Shown piece after piece: positions 36,653-46,885 of a stretch of 51,636 nt of DNA. The translations under genes and the position numbers were made by a program. The notes below the pieces were generated by a model that searched no databases, was not told the origin of the DNA, and was given only the letters and a program-made list of their open reading frames with translations. The stretch's first letter is position 1. Every line of letters starts with the position of its first letter. This DNA comes from a virus (taxonomy: Duplodnaviria > Heunggongvirae > Uroviricota > Caudoviricetes): positions 1-51,636 of IMG/VR virus record IMGVR_UViG_3300014204_000115; one strand, given 5' to 3'.

Positions 36653-36933
36653 AAAACTTATCAAAGGAGAATGCTATGAGGTTTTCTGACTGGGTAGAAG
36701 ATGATGGTGTACATGAATCAATCGTTTATCTATTTGATCATGAGAAGTCAACACCAATTTTAAAAGCTCGGGCTGTTTTAAAGTCAGATGGTGAGTTTGA
36801 GTCAGTTATTCGAGATTTTAATTCAGGTATTATGGTTTCTACTGATCCAAAATCAATGCCTCTTGATGTTGCAAAGAAAAGGTCAATGTCTCTTTCGAGA
36901 AATATAATATATCGTCAACTTGATCATAATTAG
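36640..36933 (+). CDS. Hypothetical protein
   Basis: Likely true start 36676 after AAGGAG. Confidence 0.65.
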   Translation: MDRLKNLSKENAMRFSDWVEDDGVHESIVYLFDHEKSTPILKARAVLKSDGEFESVIRDFNSGIMVSTDPKSMPLDVAKKRSMSLSRNIIYRQLDHN

Positions 36934-36956
36934 AAAGAAGGAGGAATTAATTAAAA

Positions 36957-37631
36957 ATGAAGATCACAACCTCAAACGGAAAAGTGTTATGGATTACACC
37001 TGGTGATATTGTTAAACTATTCTTTAATCTTTCCAAGGATGTAACAGAAATAGGTAAAATCATTTCAATAACAGAGCGTCTTGGAAGTTACAACAATGGG
37101 CGAGATAAATCTCAACCATTGGTAAAATACAAGGTTCTTGAAACAACAAGAACTAAAGAAGAAATTAAATTCAGTATTGAGTGTGGAATAACAAGAGATC
37201 CTGGGACTGCAGATGCATCATATATAGTTGAGCTTATAGAACGAGCTAAAAGTTCTAAAATTAGAAAATCTCTGTACACTCCAATCAAGGAAGCTCGACA
37301 ATATCTTGAACATCATGGTTCAAAATGTGTCTCAACTATTGGATGTTTGTTTACTTCCTATTCTCATGGTCTATATGGAAATGAATATCATATTGACTTT
37401 AAAAAAGCTTTATGGATGTACAGAAAACAAAAATGTCCAGGATTGGTAAGAGAGCTGCATCCTCTTATAGTTGAAGTAAACAAAAAGAAATTCAAAAAAT
37501 GGTTTGTTCAAAATCATAACAGATTTTTACAAAACAAAAAAGAATTAGCTCGTTTAGAAACAGAGTTCAATACAGGATGGGAAGAACCAAGATGGGAAGA
37601 ACCAATCTGGGATGGCGGAAGAGATGATTAA
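36957..37631 (+). CDS. Hypothetical protein
   Basis: AGGAGG RBS; C-terminal WEEPRWEEPIW duplication. Confidence 0.7.
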   Translation: MKITTSNGKVLWITPGDIVKLFFNLSKDVTEIGKIISITERLGSYNNGRDKSQPLVKYKVLETTRTKEEIKFSIECGITRDPGTADASYIVELIERAKSSKIRKSLYTPIKEARQYLEHHGSKCVSTIGCLFTSYSHGLYGNEYHIDFKKALWMYRKQKCPGLVRELHPLIVEVNKKKFKKWFVQNHNRFLQNKKELARLETEFNTGWEEPRWEEPIWDGGRDD

Positions 37632-37691
37632 GAAGATTTATATAATCATACTCGTGTCAAATATGATTATATTTAATGGAGGATGAAATAA

Positions 37692-38096
37692 ATGACAGAA
37701 CTTCAAGTTACAAAATCAGGTCATGGAATGTTTTGTATTGAAGGGTTAAACTTGCAACTTCATGAGCTACTCTTAATCAGATTGTTGACAACTTCAACTT
37801 ATATAGATTCGGAAAATTTCAAACTTTCAAGACAGGCTGGAGCCTTTCTTCAAGGATATGACGAAAAGTCTGGTTGGATCCTTGTAGAATTTTGGAGTAA
37901 AAATTTCAAACCATTTGTTGATTATGTCAATGAACAATTAAAGGTTATTAACACCAAATGTTACTTCTCAACAGAAGTAATTACCAAAAACCTTACCTGT
38001 TCAAAAGTTGAAGGTTTTGATCCTGATGGTCGCCCAATCGTTGTATGTTACTTATATCCATGTCCAAAATATCTCCAAATAATGAAACGATTATAG
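37692..38096 (+). CDS. Hypothetical protein
   Basis: GGAGG RBS. Confidence 0.7.
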   Translation: MTELQVTKSGHGMFCIEGLNLQLHELLLIRLLTTSTYIDSENFKLSRQAGAFLQGYDEKSGWILVEFWSKNFKPFVDYVNEQLKVINTKCYFSTEVITKNLTCSKVEGFDPDGRPIVVCYLYPCPKYLQIMKRL

Positions 38097-38106
38097 GAGT
38101 AATTAA

Positions 38107-38388
38107 ATGGAAATCATATCAAGAACAATTTCAATTGTAATTATTCAAAAGAAAAGGGAGTATCATTTATACTGTGGAGATACCAGAATTTTCATAGTAA
38201 AAAGAAAGAACATTCAAAACCAAATATTCTGGACATTTAAGTCTTGTCTGTCTTATGTACCTTCCTTTAAATATAAATCTTTAAAGGAAGGTTTTAAAGC
38301 GTCTCTTGATAGATTAGCAAAATTTCTAGATAGATTTATTGCAAATGATTTTCCGTGGGAGATTAGAAAAATAAAAGGAGAAAACTGA
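38107..38388 (+). CDS. Hypothetical protein
   Basis: AGGAG RBS. Confidence 0.7.
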   Translation: MEIISRTISIVIIQKKREYHLYCGDTRIFIVKRKNIQNQIFWTFKSCLSYVPSFKYKSLKEGFKASLDRLAKFLDRFIANDFPWEIRKIKGEN

Positions 38389-39032
38389 TGCCACCGAAAG
38401 AAGTCAGATGTGAAATTTGTGATCAAACAGTTTTGAAGTCAAAAACTCTTGCATATAAAAATGGAAGAGCATGTCGAGATCATGATGGAGTTCAAGAATT
38501 TTCAAATGATCTCAGGCTTCAAGGAAAACAAAAACTTGAAGATTCGATAAAGAGAGAGGAGGATAAACATAAACCAAGAGATTACAAAAAAGAAGATTTG
38601 GATATGAAAGGTACTTGTTGGAGATGCGGATGTGAAGGAATTGATTATGCTAAATTTTGCTTTGAGAGGATGGCAGCTCTTGAAAAAATGAACATTCTTG
38701 GAAAAGAATGGGATTTCTTCAATCTTCCAAATAAAATATTTGAGAATATGCCAGAAAAATCTCGAACACCTCTCCTTGTCTTAAACATTCAAGAAAGACC
38801 AGATGTAATCGAGAAGTTAAAGTATAAATTTCGAATAGTTTCTCATCTGGCGAAGATGGTTCAAGTTTGTCCATCTTGTTTAAAAGATATGAAACTGGAA
38901 GAAGAATGGTACAAGATCGTAAAACAATTCGCTGAAAAAATAAGTGTAGAGAAATCATTTCTCCTTGGATCTTTATTCCAACCAGTAATACAAAAGATTG
39001 CAGAACAACGAATTGCAGAAGAAATAAAATAA
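38388..39032 (+). CDS. Zinc-binding hypothetical protein
   Basis: CEIC..C..H, CWRC, CPSC. Confidence 0.7.
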   Translation: MPPKEVRCEICDQTVLKSKTLAYKNGRACRDHDGVQEFSNDLRLQGKQKLEDSIKREEDKHKPRDYKKEDLDMKGTCWRCGCEGIDYAKFCFERMAALEKMNILGKEWDFFNLPNKIFENMPEKSRTPLLVLNIQERPDVIEKLKYKFRIVSHLAKMVQVCPSCLKDMKLEEEWYKIVKQFAEKISVEKSFLLGSLFQPVIQKIAEQRIAEEIK

Positions 39033-39054
39033 AAAGTGATTAATAGTAGTTTAT

Positions 39055-39088
39055 AAAAATAAACCGCATGTACTGGGTTTATTTTTTT
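39055..39088. terminator. Bidirectional terminator between convergent blocks
   Basis: aaaaataaacc / ggtttattttt. Confidence 0.6.
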
Positions 39089-39897
39089 GTTTGAATATCT
39101 CTAACTAATTCTTGTTTTGATGGGATATAATCAGTATATCTAATAAAACTCCATCCTAATTTTTCTATTTCTTTTTGTCTGATTGAATCTTTTTCTTTAT
39201 TTTGATGCCAATAAGAACCATCATATTCAATAGCTATCTTTTTATCTATAATCGCTACATCTATACAAAAATAACTTACTGAATAATTAAGAATTGTATT
39301 AGGATAAAGCTCTTTGGTTAATTCAAATAATTTGAGTTGAGGAATTGATGGGTTGGTCATTCTAGAACATGCAATTGCTCCAGAAATTTTTTTATCTTCT
39401 ATTAATTTTTTTGCTTTTTCTTTACCATGAATTTCTAAATAAGTTTTACCTTTTAATTTAGATGGTTTTCCTTTTATTGCTTTTGAAATTTTCATGGCTC
39501 TTTCTGGATTTTTTATCTTTGATGGAATACCTTCTTTACCTCTGAATAGTACTTTGTATTCTTCAATTTTCATTATATTTCTATTTCCGTATCTTTCTTC
39601 TAATACATCTCTAGTTTTCTTATCTAATTCTTTACTTTTAAATCCAACTCCGCCATATTTTCTATTAAAAGTTTCTGTTATTTTTTGATCACATTTTAAC
39701 CTTGCTATTGATCTTCTATCTGATTCTTTTTTTGTCATTGTTGGGATATTTGGAAATTCTTTAATTACATCATCTATAGTTTTATTATGTAATTTTTTAA
39801 GATGTCCCCAGTGTAACATTTTAAAACCACTTTTATTACAATATGGACAAGTTATTGAATCTACATCTTCAATTTTATATTTACAACCAATTCTCAT
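39079..39897 (-). CDS. Free-standing homing endonuclease, DUF559/Vsr-like
   Basis: CPYC..HLKKLH, NUMOD3-like repeats, IDVAI..IAIEYDGSYWH..D..RQ..GW. Confidence 0.8.
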   Translation of the reverse strand: MRIGCKYKIEDVDSITCPYCNKSGFKMLHWGHLKKLHNKTIDDVIKEFPNIPTMTKKESDRRSIARLKCDQKITETFNRKYGGVGFKSKELDKKTRDVLEERYGNRNIMKIEEYKVLFRGKEGIPSKIKNPERAMKISKAIKGKPSKLKGKTYLEIHGKEKAKKLIEDKKISGAIACSRMTNPSIPQLKLFELTKELYPNTILNYSVSYFCIDVAIIDKKIAIEYDGSYWHQNKEKDSIRQKEIEKLGWSFIRYTDYIPSKQELVRDIQTKK

Positions 39898-39925
39898 AAT
39901 CTCTCTTTTCTATAAAATATTTTTG

Positions 39926-39961
39926 GAAAAATGAGACTCAGATTTCTCCGAGTCTCATTTT
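39926..39961 (-). terminator. Terminator after major capsid gene
   Basis: AUGAGACUCGGA-GAAA-UCUGAGUCUCAU then U-tract. Confidence 0.8.
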
Positions 39962-39988
39962 AAAAAAGTTAGGTTAAAAGTTAACTAT

Positions 39989-41440
39989 TTACGCGCCAAT
40001 CGTTAGAGTTGCGATACCATTACTTCTTACCAAGGCTGTAGCATATCTTGAAAGAATGGTTAAGCTTGGAGTTGAGGTAAGTGGATATGGGTGAAGTATG
40101 GCGGGAACATAGGGCGAATAATAATAAACTGCCCTTAGATCATCCGCACTCTTTAGAACTAGAATCATAGTTCCCTGTGTTACGACTGCACTTGTTAGAA
40201 TTCTCCATTTTCCACCAGAAACTGTAGCAGTACGATAACCTAGATCACCATCAGATGAAGATGTTCCAGTATAAGCGAATCCATTTAGATCCTCAAGAAT
40301 AGCTACATCAAGTGGGTTGGCTAAAATAGTATTTGCACTTTCAATATTAGTATCAGTATAAACCTGAGCTGAGAGCTGGTTTAGAACTGGAGTAATATTC
40401 TCGTGCCAATACTTAGTTCCCCATGTATAGGTAACTGGAGGAGTTCTATCGAATGAACCAGTATGAGCAGCACTATTTAGGCGTGTATTTGCTGTAACAA
40501 GTGCGTTTACAAGTTCACGATCGATATCTAAAGCAATCTGCTGACCTAGAAGGTTAACAATCTCTGCCTGCATTGAAACATCAAATAGTGCACGCATATC
40601 CTGTTCCATGTTAATGGTCCAGTTTGCGCTAATCTGACGATCTCTAGCATATAGACGAATCTTGTCAACATTAATCTTAATGGATGGGTTAACTTTGTTT
40701 TCTTCTAGTGAACAAGTAACCTGATAACGAACATCAGTAACTAGACCAGTAGCTGAAGAAATAGAAACTGTTCCATTTAGATAATCAACTTTTCCAGAAA
40801 GTACGTCTGTTGAAGCACCAATAGTAACTGAAGAAGAAAAATGACCTTCAACTGCAGGTACAATAGAAACATCCGTAAATGCTGTTCCATCAGCAGATGC
40901 TCCAATAATCTGGAAATCTCTCTCAAGGTGGGCCTGAGTTTTTGTTAATGACATTGCACCTAGAACATCATAAGCAGTACTTGGAACTGAGAATGTAGCT
41001 GCTACTGCAGTACCAATAGCTGGACCACCTGAAATATCTGTTCCTGTAACTGGTGCGTTATACTGTGTTGCTGAATTTGCAGGCGAGAATGTAGCGGTAA
41101 TGAATGCTTTAACACATTCTGGTTTATCCATTGGACTAACCGTTACTGCCTCTTTTGCAACTAGTTTAGGATAGAAAACTCTAAGAATAGGAAGAGTTAG
41201 TGACTCATAGGGGTTAATCTGAAACATTGAATTTTCTAAAAGATTAACTCTTGTATTCTCGGCTAAAATAATAAAATTTTCTTTGTCCTTTTTACTTTCA
41301 ATTGACTCAGCTAGACTGGCAACATAAGTCTGGAATGCAGCATCATCAGTTAGAATCTGCTTTAGATTACCTGGTTTTGATGGGTCAATCCCGCATTTCT
41401 TTTTTGTAGCGTGGTAAGCTTCTACCAATAGTTCCTTCAT
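39989..41440 (-). CDS. Major capsid protein, T4 gp23-like
   Basis: V.V.PM..P, ARDRQISANWT...QD, QIALDIDRE, YSPYVP, SRYA; GAGGAGG RBS; raised GC. Confidence 0.9.
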   Translation of the reverse strand: MKELLVEAYHATKKKCGIDPSKPGNLKQILTDDAAFQTYVASLAESIESKKDKENFIILAENTRVNLLENSMFQINPYESLTLPILRVFYPKLVAKEAVTVSPMDKPECVKAFITATFSPANSATQYNAPVTGTDISGGPAIGTAVAATFSVPSTAYDVLGAMSLTKTQAHLERDFQIIGASADGTAFTDVSIVPAVEGHFSSSVTIGASTDVLSGKVDYLNGTVSISSATGLVTDVRYQVTCSLEENKVNPSIKINVDKIRLYARDRQISANWTINMEQDMRALFDVSMQAEIVNLLGQQIALDIDRELVNALVTANTRLNSAAHTGSFDRTPPVTYTWGTKYWHENITPVLNQLSAQVYTDTNIESANTILANPLDVAILEDLNGFAYTGTSSSDGDLGYRTATVSGGKWRILTSAVVTQGTMILVLKSADDLRAVYYYSPYVPAILHPYPLTSTPSLTILSRYATALVRSNGIATLTIGA

Positions 41441-41493
41441 TTAATTTATCCTCCTCGATAATTTTTATTTAGATGTATATCAATAAGTAAGTT

Positions 41494-41636
41494 TAAGTAT
41501 TTGATATATGTTCATGTGTTTAATCAAGATTAGATTTAAACTATATTCCTTAAAAATTTGAGTTTGTTTCTTAAATAATACAAGAAACAAACTCAAAGAT
41601 AATTTAAAAAAATTATAGAACATATATAAAATACTT
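41494..41636. promoter_or_regulatory. Divergent late promoters flanking a 16-bp hairpin
   Basis: GAACATATATCAAATACTT (minus) and GAACATATATAAAATACTT (plus); stem 41557-41572/41582-41597. Confidence 0.6.
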
Positions 41637-41657
41637 TAAGTAATAGAAGGGTTAGAT

Positions 41658-43324
41658 ATGAGAAAAATGAAGATTAATTTAGATGTAAATGAGATAGTAA
41701 GACTATATACAGAAGAATTAAAAACATACAAGATATTTGTATACTTTTTGGAGTTAATTATGCAACAATTAAATTAAGATTAATTAAATCTGGTATTAAT
41801 CTTAGATCCACATCAGAGTCTAAAAAAATTGTTATGAATAGACCAGAGGTTAAAGAACATATTTCTATCGCTTCTAAAAGATCTCAATATAAAAGAAAAG
41901 AGACAAATATTAATAAATACGGAAGTGAAGTTCCAGCAATAGGAATTAACTGGAAAGATGACTATGAAAAAAATTATGGAGTTAGACATCCAAAACAAAG
42001 AGAAGAAAATAAAGAAAAAATGAGAGGAGATAATAATCCATCAAAATTAATTGATGTAAAAAATAAAATTAAAAAAAATAGATGGATTAATAAAACTAAA
42101 GATGAATTAGATATTATTTTAAATAAAACAAAAGATACTTGGATTCGAACTATGGCTAAAGATAATCCATTAAAAAGTGAAGAAATAAAACAAAAAATTA
42201 GAGAAAAAAATATTAAAAAATATGGTGTTGATTGGGTAACTAAAGATCAAAATATTAAAAATAAGATAAAAAATTCTAATTTTCTTAATATCAAAGAAAA
42301 AGTTTTTGAAAGGTTAACTCAGTTAAATTTAGAATTAACCACTGAGTTTATTAATGTAACTGATAAAATTAATATAAAATGTCTAATATGTAATACAATA
42401 TTTGATACTGTTTTGGATTATGTTTTTCATGGATATGGTCTATGTCCAACATGTTTTCCTTTAAATATATCTTATAATGAACAAGAAATAAAAGATTATG
42501 TTAAATTAATTTTACCAGATGAAGAGTTAATTTATAATGATAGAAAAATTCTTGAAGGAAAAGAACTAGATATTCTAATACCTAATAAAAATATAGCAAT
42601 AGAACATGATGGTATTTATTTCCATTCAGAGGAAGTTGGTGTTTCACAAAACTATCATTTAGATAAAACCAATCTAGCTAATAAAAAGAAAATAAGATTA
42701 ATTCATATTTTTGAAGATGAATGGGTTAATAAAAAAGATATCGTAAAGGATAGATTAAAGAGAATTCTAAATATTGATAATTCATTAAAGGTATATGCTA
42801 GAAATTGTATTATAAAAGAAATTGATATGAAAACAAAAAATATTTTTTTAGATAATTATCATATTCAAGGAAAAGATATTTCTTCTATTAAACTTGGTGC
42901 ATTCTTTAATAATGAATTAGTTTCTGTTATGACTTTTTCAAAAGGAAATATTAGTAAAGGATCAATTCATAAGGAAGGAGTTTGGGAACTAAATAGATTT
43001 TGTGTAAAACATAATTTTTCTGTTATAGGAATTGCTGGAAAATTGTTAACATTCTTTAAGAGAAATTATAAATGGTCTGAGATTTTTAGTTATTGTGATT
43101 TAAGATGGAGCGAAGGAAACTTATATTATAAACTTGGTTTTAATTTAGTTAAAACAACTAAACCAAATTACTGGTATGTTAAGGGAATGAAAAGAATACA
43201 CAGATTTAATTTAAGAAAGAAAAGGAGTGATCCTAAAGATGTTCCTGAATGGATTTTAAGACATAATGAGGGATATTATAGATTATGGGATTGTGGAAAT
43301 TTAAAGTTTAATATGTTATCTTAA
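41658..43324 (+). CDS. Hef-like homing endonuclease with -1 frameshift near 41720
   Basis: ATG 41658 after promoter and RBS; HTH continues in the frame of ORF 41834; ELDI..IAIEHDGIYFH..IFEDEW; C-terminal WELNRFC..SYCDLRWS..LY.KLGF. Confidence 0.75.
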
Positions 43325-43354
43325 TAGGTTATATAAGATATAACCTATTAAGAT
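43318..43354. terminator. 17-bp palindromic hairpin between convergent genes
   Basis: atcttaataggttatat-aag-atataacctattaagat. Confidence 0.65.
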
Positions 43355-43761
43355 TTAGCAAATTTTTGACTTAATAATCTAATTGTTTCATTTAAGTAAG
43401 ATGTTATTTTTTCTTCAGATAAAGTATTAAAAGATTTTAACATAATAGATATTTCTGTTTTCATTGATTCTTGTATTAATCCAGTTTGAATTAATCTCCC
43501 CATCTTATTTAATAATTGTCTCTCTTTATCTTTTTTTGTAAATAATTTTAATAGTTCTTCTAATTCATCTTTTTCTCGTTTAATTTTTTCTTTTTTATCA
43601 TTTAGAGATTTTTTTAATTCTTTAATTTCTCTTAGTTTATTATTATAATCTTTACTAAATATGGGTTGAACATAAGATATAATACTATCAGCTAACTTTA
43701 TTTTCAAATTACTAATATTATTTTCTGGCATATCATTAATCTCAGTTTCAATTATTCTCAT
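43348..43761 (-). CDS. Coiled-coil protein, head module (possible prohead core)
   Basis: GAGGTG RBS; position between protease and capsid genes. Confidence 0.65.
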   Translation of the reverse strand: MRIIETEINDMPENNISNLKIKLADSIISYVQPIFSKDYNNKLREIKELKKSLNDKKEKIKREKDELEELLKLFTKKDKERQLLNKMGRLIQTGLIQESMKTEISIMLKSFNTLSEEKITSYLNETIRLLSQKFAKS

Positions 43762-44069
43762 TATTTCACCTCAACAATCTCTAATAATTTATTTCTAAAC
43801 ATATCATTATCTTCGCTCAAAAGATTAATTTTACTATTAAGTTCTTCCTTCATTACTTTTGATTTTTCTAATAACATATCTAATTTTTCATTTTTTAGAA
43901 TTAATTTATTTTTATACATTGTTAAGTCAATTATTTTTGAATTAGATTTTAGAGAAATTGAATTACTTTTAGTTATATTTATTACTTCTTGTACTAATCT
44001 ATTACAAAATTCTTCTTTATTTTTAAATTTATGAATATTTGGTAATGGATCAATTGTAGTGATTTTCAT
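43761..44069 (-). CDS. Hypothetical protein
   Basis: Operon packing. Confidence 0.65.
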   Translation of the reverse strand: MKITTIDPLPNIHKFKNKEEFCNRLVQEVINITKSNSISLKSNSKIIDLTMYKNKLILKNEKLDMLLEKSKVMKEELNSKINLLSEDNDMFRNKLLEIVEVK

Positions 44070-44071
44070 TT

Positions 44072-44590
44072 TTACCCTTTCTTTTTAGATTGTTGAGCCT
44101 TGTATTTTATTCTAACTTCTTTTTTCTTTCTATTAATTATATCAATTTTTTTATCGTATAACTCTTCACATTTTCTTATAGCTTCATTATATCTATCTTC
44201 AGCATCAGCCAGCTTTTTTCTTGCATATTCGTTATATTTTATAGTTTTTGTTCCATCAGGGTGTCTATAAACTTCTTTTGACTTTCTATAAGCATCATCC
44301 ATTCTTTCAAATTGTTTACCTAGAGTATTTTCAACATTCTTTATACATCTTCTATAATCTTTATCTGCATTCATTTTTTGAACTTTTAAACTTCTCCATA
44401 TAGCTAGACCAAATAAACCTGCAGCTGCAGCACCAACAGCAACTTTTCCCCAAATTTCATTTATAACTTTTTCTGCTTTTATCTCACTAATTTGTTTAAC
44501 CTTTTCAGTAAGTTCAATAAATTTATCAAACTCAATATTATTTTGAACAAAATTTTCAATTATTATTTCTTGTAATTTTTCTTTTGACAT
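44072..44590 (-). CDS. Putative internal head protein
   Basis: Acidic leader ending INE, G/A-rich hydrophobic helix, basic coiled coil. Confidence 0.55.
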   Translation of the reverse strand: MSKEKLQEIIIENFVQNNIEFDKFIELTEKVKQISEIKAEKVINEIWGKVAVGAAAAGLFGLAIWRSLKVQKMNADKDYRRCIKNVENTLGKQFERMDDAYRKSKEVYRHPDGTKTIKYNEYARKKLADAEDRYNEAIRKCEELYDKKIDIINRKKKEVRIKYKAQQSKKKG

Positions 44591-44611
44591 TTTATTAAAT
44601 CCTCCAAATAT

Positions 44612-45142
44612 TTATCCAACATGAACTTCATTTCGTTTCTTTCTTTTTTGTGCTTCTAAATATTTTTTAGAAATTTTATTTAATTTCTGTTGGTATAATG
44701 GAATTAATTGCGCATATCTAACTTTACATTTTTCTGGAAATTGTGATTTACTACATTTATTCATAGATGCTCTTAATAATGCTATAACTTTTTTACATGT
44801 TTCAATATCACATCTATCTTTACAAACCCTTCTATCTCCACTTCCAATTTCAAATTCAGCACAATTTTGAGTATAACAATTCTTTCTAAAAATTTCTCCC
44901 TGTTTTAAAACTTTAGTGGTCCATAACATATAATTAAAATATTGTTTTGGATTTGTTTGATTGGCAGGTTGTTGATTTTGTTTTGCTACTTGTGGTGATA
45001 CAGGTGCTTTAGGAGCTACCGGTGGTTTAGGTTTTACCATTGCAGGACTTGTAGGTCTTCCCGCTTGAGGTTTTTGAACAGGTTGTTGAACTGGAAATCC
45101 ATATTGTTCATTTAAAAAGATTAGATAATTAGCTAAATTCAT
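44612..45142 (-). CDS. Putative internal head protein, Pro/Gln- and Cys-rich
   Basis: YLIFLNEQ leader; KC....PEKC motif shared with 50455 ORF. Confidence 0.55.
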   Translation of the reverse strand: MNLANYLIFLNEQYGFPVQQPVQKPQAGRPTSPAMVKPKPPVAPKAPVSPQVAKQNQQPANQTNPKQYFNYMLWTTKVLKQGEIFRKNCYTQNCAEFEIGSGDRRVCKDRCDIETCKKVIALLRASMNKCSKSQFPEKCKVRYAQLIPLYQQKLNKISKKYLEAQKRKKRNEVHVG

Positions 45143-46191
45143 TTTAGTATAATCCCATTTATATCATTTAATATTTGTTCCTTTGATGGAATAATATCTA
45201 AACCTACTTCTCCTTTATATATTAAAACTCTCCAGCCTTCTTCTTCAATTTTTTGTTTTCTTTTATTATCATATTCTTCTCTATTTCTGTGCCAATATTC
45301 TCCATTATATTCAATAACAATTTTTAAAGATGGTATTGCAATATCAGCAGAATAATTTAAAATTTGAAAATTTATAATAGCATCAGGAAATAATTCTTTT
45401 GTTAAATCAAGAATTTCGCATTGTGGTTTAGATGGATTTTGAACAAATGTTAACATTCTTGCAGCTTGTCCACCCTCTGACATTTGATATAACCATTCTT
45501 TACTTTTTGCATAATTAGTAACACCATGATTTTTTAAACAAGTTTCTTTACTTTTTAATTCAACTTCAGGATCTAATTTTGCACATTTAGTACTACAATG
45601 TTTATAGTAACCATAATTTAAATTTGCAAATTTTATTTTATTTCCACAATTACATATTCCTTCATTTTCATTTTTTTTATAATATAGATTATAATAATCT
45701 TCTATTAATTCTCTATTCCCATTATCATGAAATAGAGAAATATGAATTCCTAATGTTCTTAAATCTTCAAAATTTCTATTACAAAGTTCACAATTTATTT
45801 TTTTCTTTTTATTTTCTTCTTCTTTAATTTTTTTAACTTCATCTTTATGTATTGAATTTGGATGATTTATATGAGCAGATAAAGCAATCTTACTAGAAAA
45901 AGATTTTCCACAAAACTTACATGTTTGTTTCTTTCTTTGAGGCTCCATCATTTTTTTATAATCTTTTAATTTAGAGGAACATTTTCTAGAGCAACAATCA
46001 TTATAACCAAAAGTTAAATATACAAATTTAGTTTCTTTTCCACAGTTTTTACATATTCCCTCACTAGGATCTTTTTTTAAGTATTTATCATAATAACCTT
46101 TTGTAGTTAATATTCTATGTGATTGACCAATATGACTTCCCAAACTAATATAATCTTGAAATCCTCTTCCACATTCTTTACATTCAAACAT
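45139..46191 (-). CDS. Free-standing homing endonuclease, multi-zinc-finger plus DUF559-like
   Basis: Repeated C2H2/C4 fingers; ADIAIP..VIEYNGEYWH..GW; probable ATG 46191 just after protease stop. Confidence 0.8.
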   Translation of the reverse strand: MFECKECGRGFQDYISLGSHIGQSHRILTTKGYYDKYLKKDPSEGICKNCGKETKFVYLTFGYNDCCSRKCSSKLKDYKKMMEPQRKKQTCKFCGKSFSSKIALSAHINHPNSIHKDEVKKIKEEENKKKKINCELCNRNFEDLRTLGIHISLFHDNGNRELIEDYYNLYYKKNENEGICNCGNKIKFANLNYGYYKHCSTKCAKLDPEVELKSKETCLKNHGVTNYAKSKEWLYQMSEGGQAARMLTFVQNPSKPQCEILDLTKELFPDAIINFQILNYSADIAIPSLKIVIEYNGEYWHRNREEYDNKRKQKIEEEGWRVLIYKGEVGLDIIPSKEQILNDINGIILK

Positions 46192-46192
46192 T

Positions 46193-46855
46193 TTATACCC
46201 ATCTATCAAAGAATTTTATTACTTTACTCTCAACTAATTTATCAAAATAATCTGGAAGATAACATATTCCATTATAACAAACAGTTCCGCAAGATTCTGT
46301 TAAAAGATTTTTATTTTCAAATCTCATTTCATTGAAATTCACTACACTTCCCTTGTGTGATGGAAGTGATACAAGATCATAGTCTATAATATATAATGGT
46401 TCTTGTACAATATTTACATTATTCTCTTTCAAAATTTCCGCCAACCCCCGCATGCTAACTCCGAGTGTAACTTTATCCAAAAGTAATCCCAAAGCTATCT
46501 TTCCATTAGGTGTTCTTAAAGTTTCTAATTCACCAACTAAATTATTTCCTTGCCACTCATATGTTCTTACTAGATGTGCAACTTCTTTTAATAGAACAGT
46601 TGTCTGTCTCATTCCATCAAAAGCTTCATTCCCAGATACTAATGGATGGTCTAATTCCCCCATAAACTTTCTATTATTAATTCTTTCTTCCGCTTGAACC
46701 ATTGCATTAGTAAGAACTTTTCTTGGATATAATCTCTTATTTTGATTGACTTCATCACAGGTTTGAAGTATAATTTTAAAAATTGCTTTTTGAGCATCAG
46801 CTTTTATAATCTGAGCTTCTTGATAAATTGCTCTTTCTCCAATGAAATTCTGCAT
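46193..46855 (-). CDS. Prohead protease, T4 gp21-like
   Basis: NQNKRLYP, GELDHP, TPNG, GVSMRG, DLVSLPS. Confidence 0.92.
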   Translation of the reverse strand: MQNFIGERAIYQEAQIIKADAQKAIFKIILQTCDEVNQNKRLYPRKVLTNAMVQAEERINNRKFMGELDHPLVSGNEAFDGMRQTTVLLKEVAHLVRTYEWQGNNLVGELETLRTPNGKIALGLLLDKVTLGVSMRGLAEILKENNVNIVQEPLYIIDYDLVSLPSHKGSVVNFNEMRFENKNLLTESCGTVCYNGICYLPDYFDKLVESKVIKFFDRWV

Positions 46856-46885
46856 TGTTATTTAGCTCCTCTATATAAGTAAAAA

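Noticed and set aside
37640-37672. 11-bp intergenic hairpin
   Set aside because: AT-rich stem with weak U-tract; function cannot be supported.
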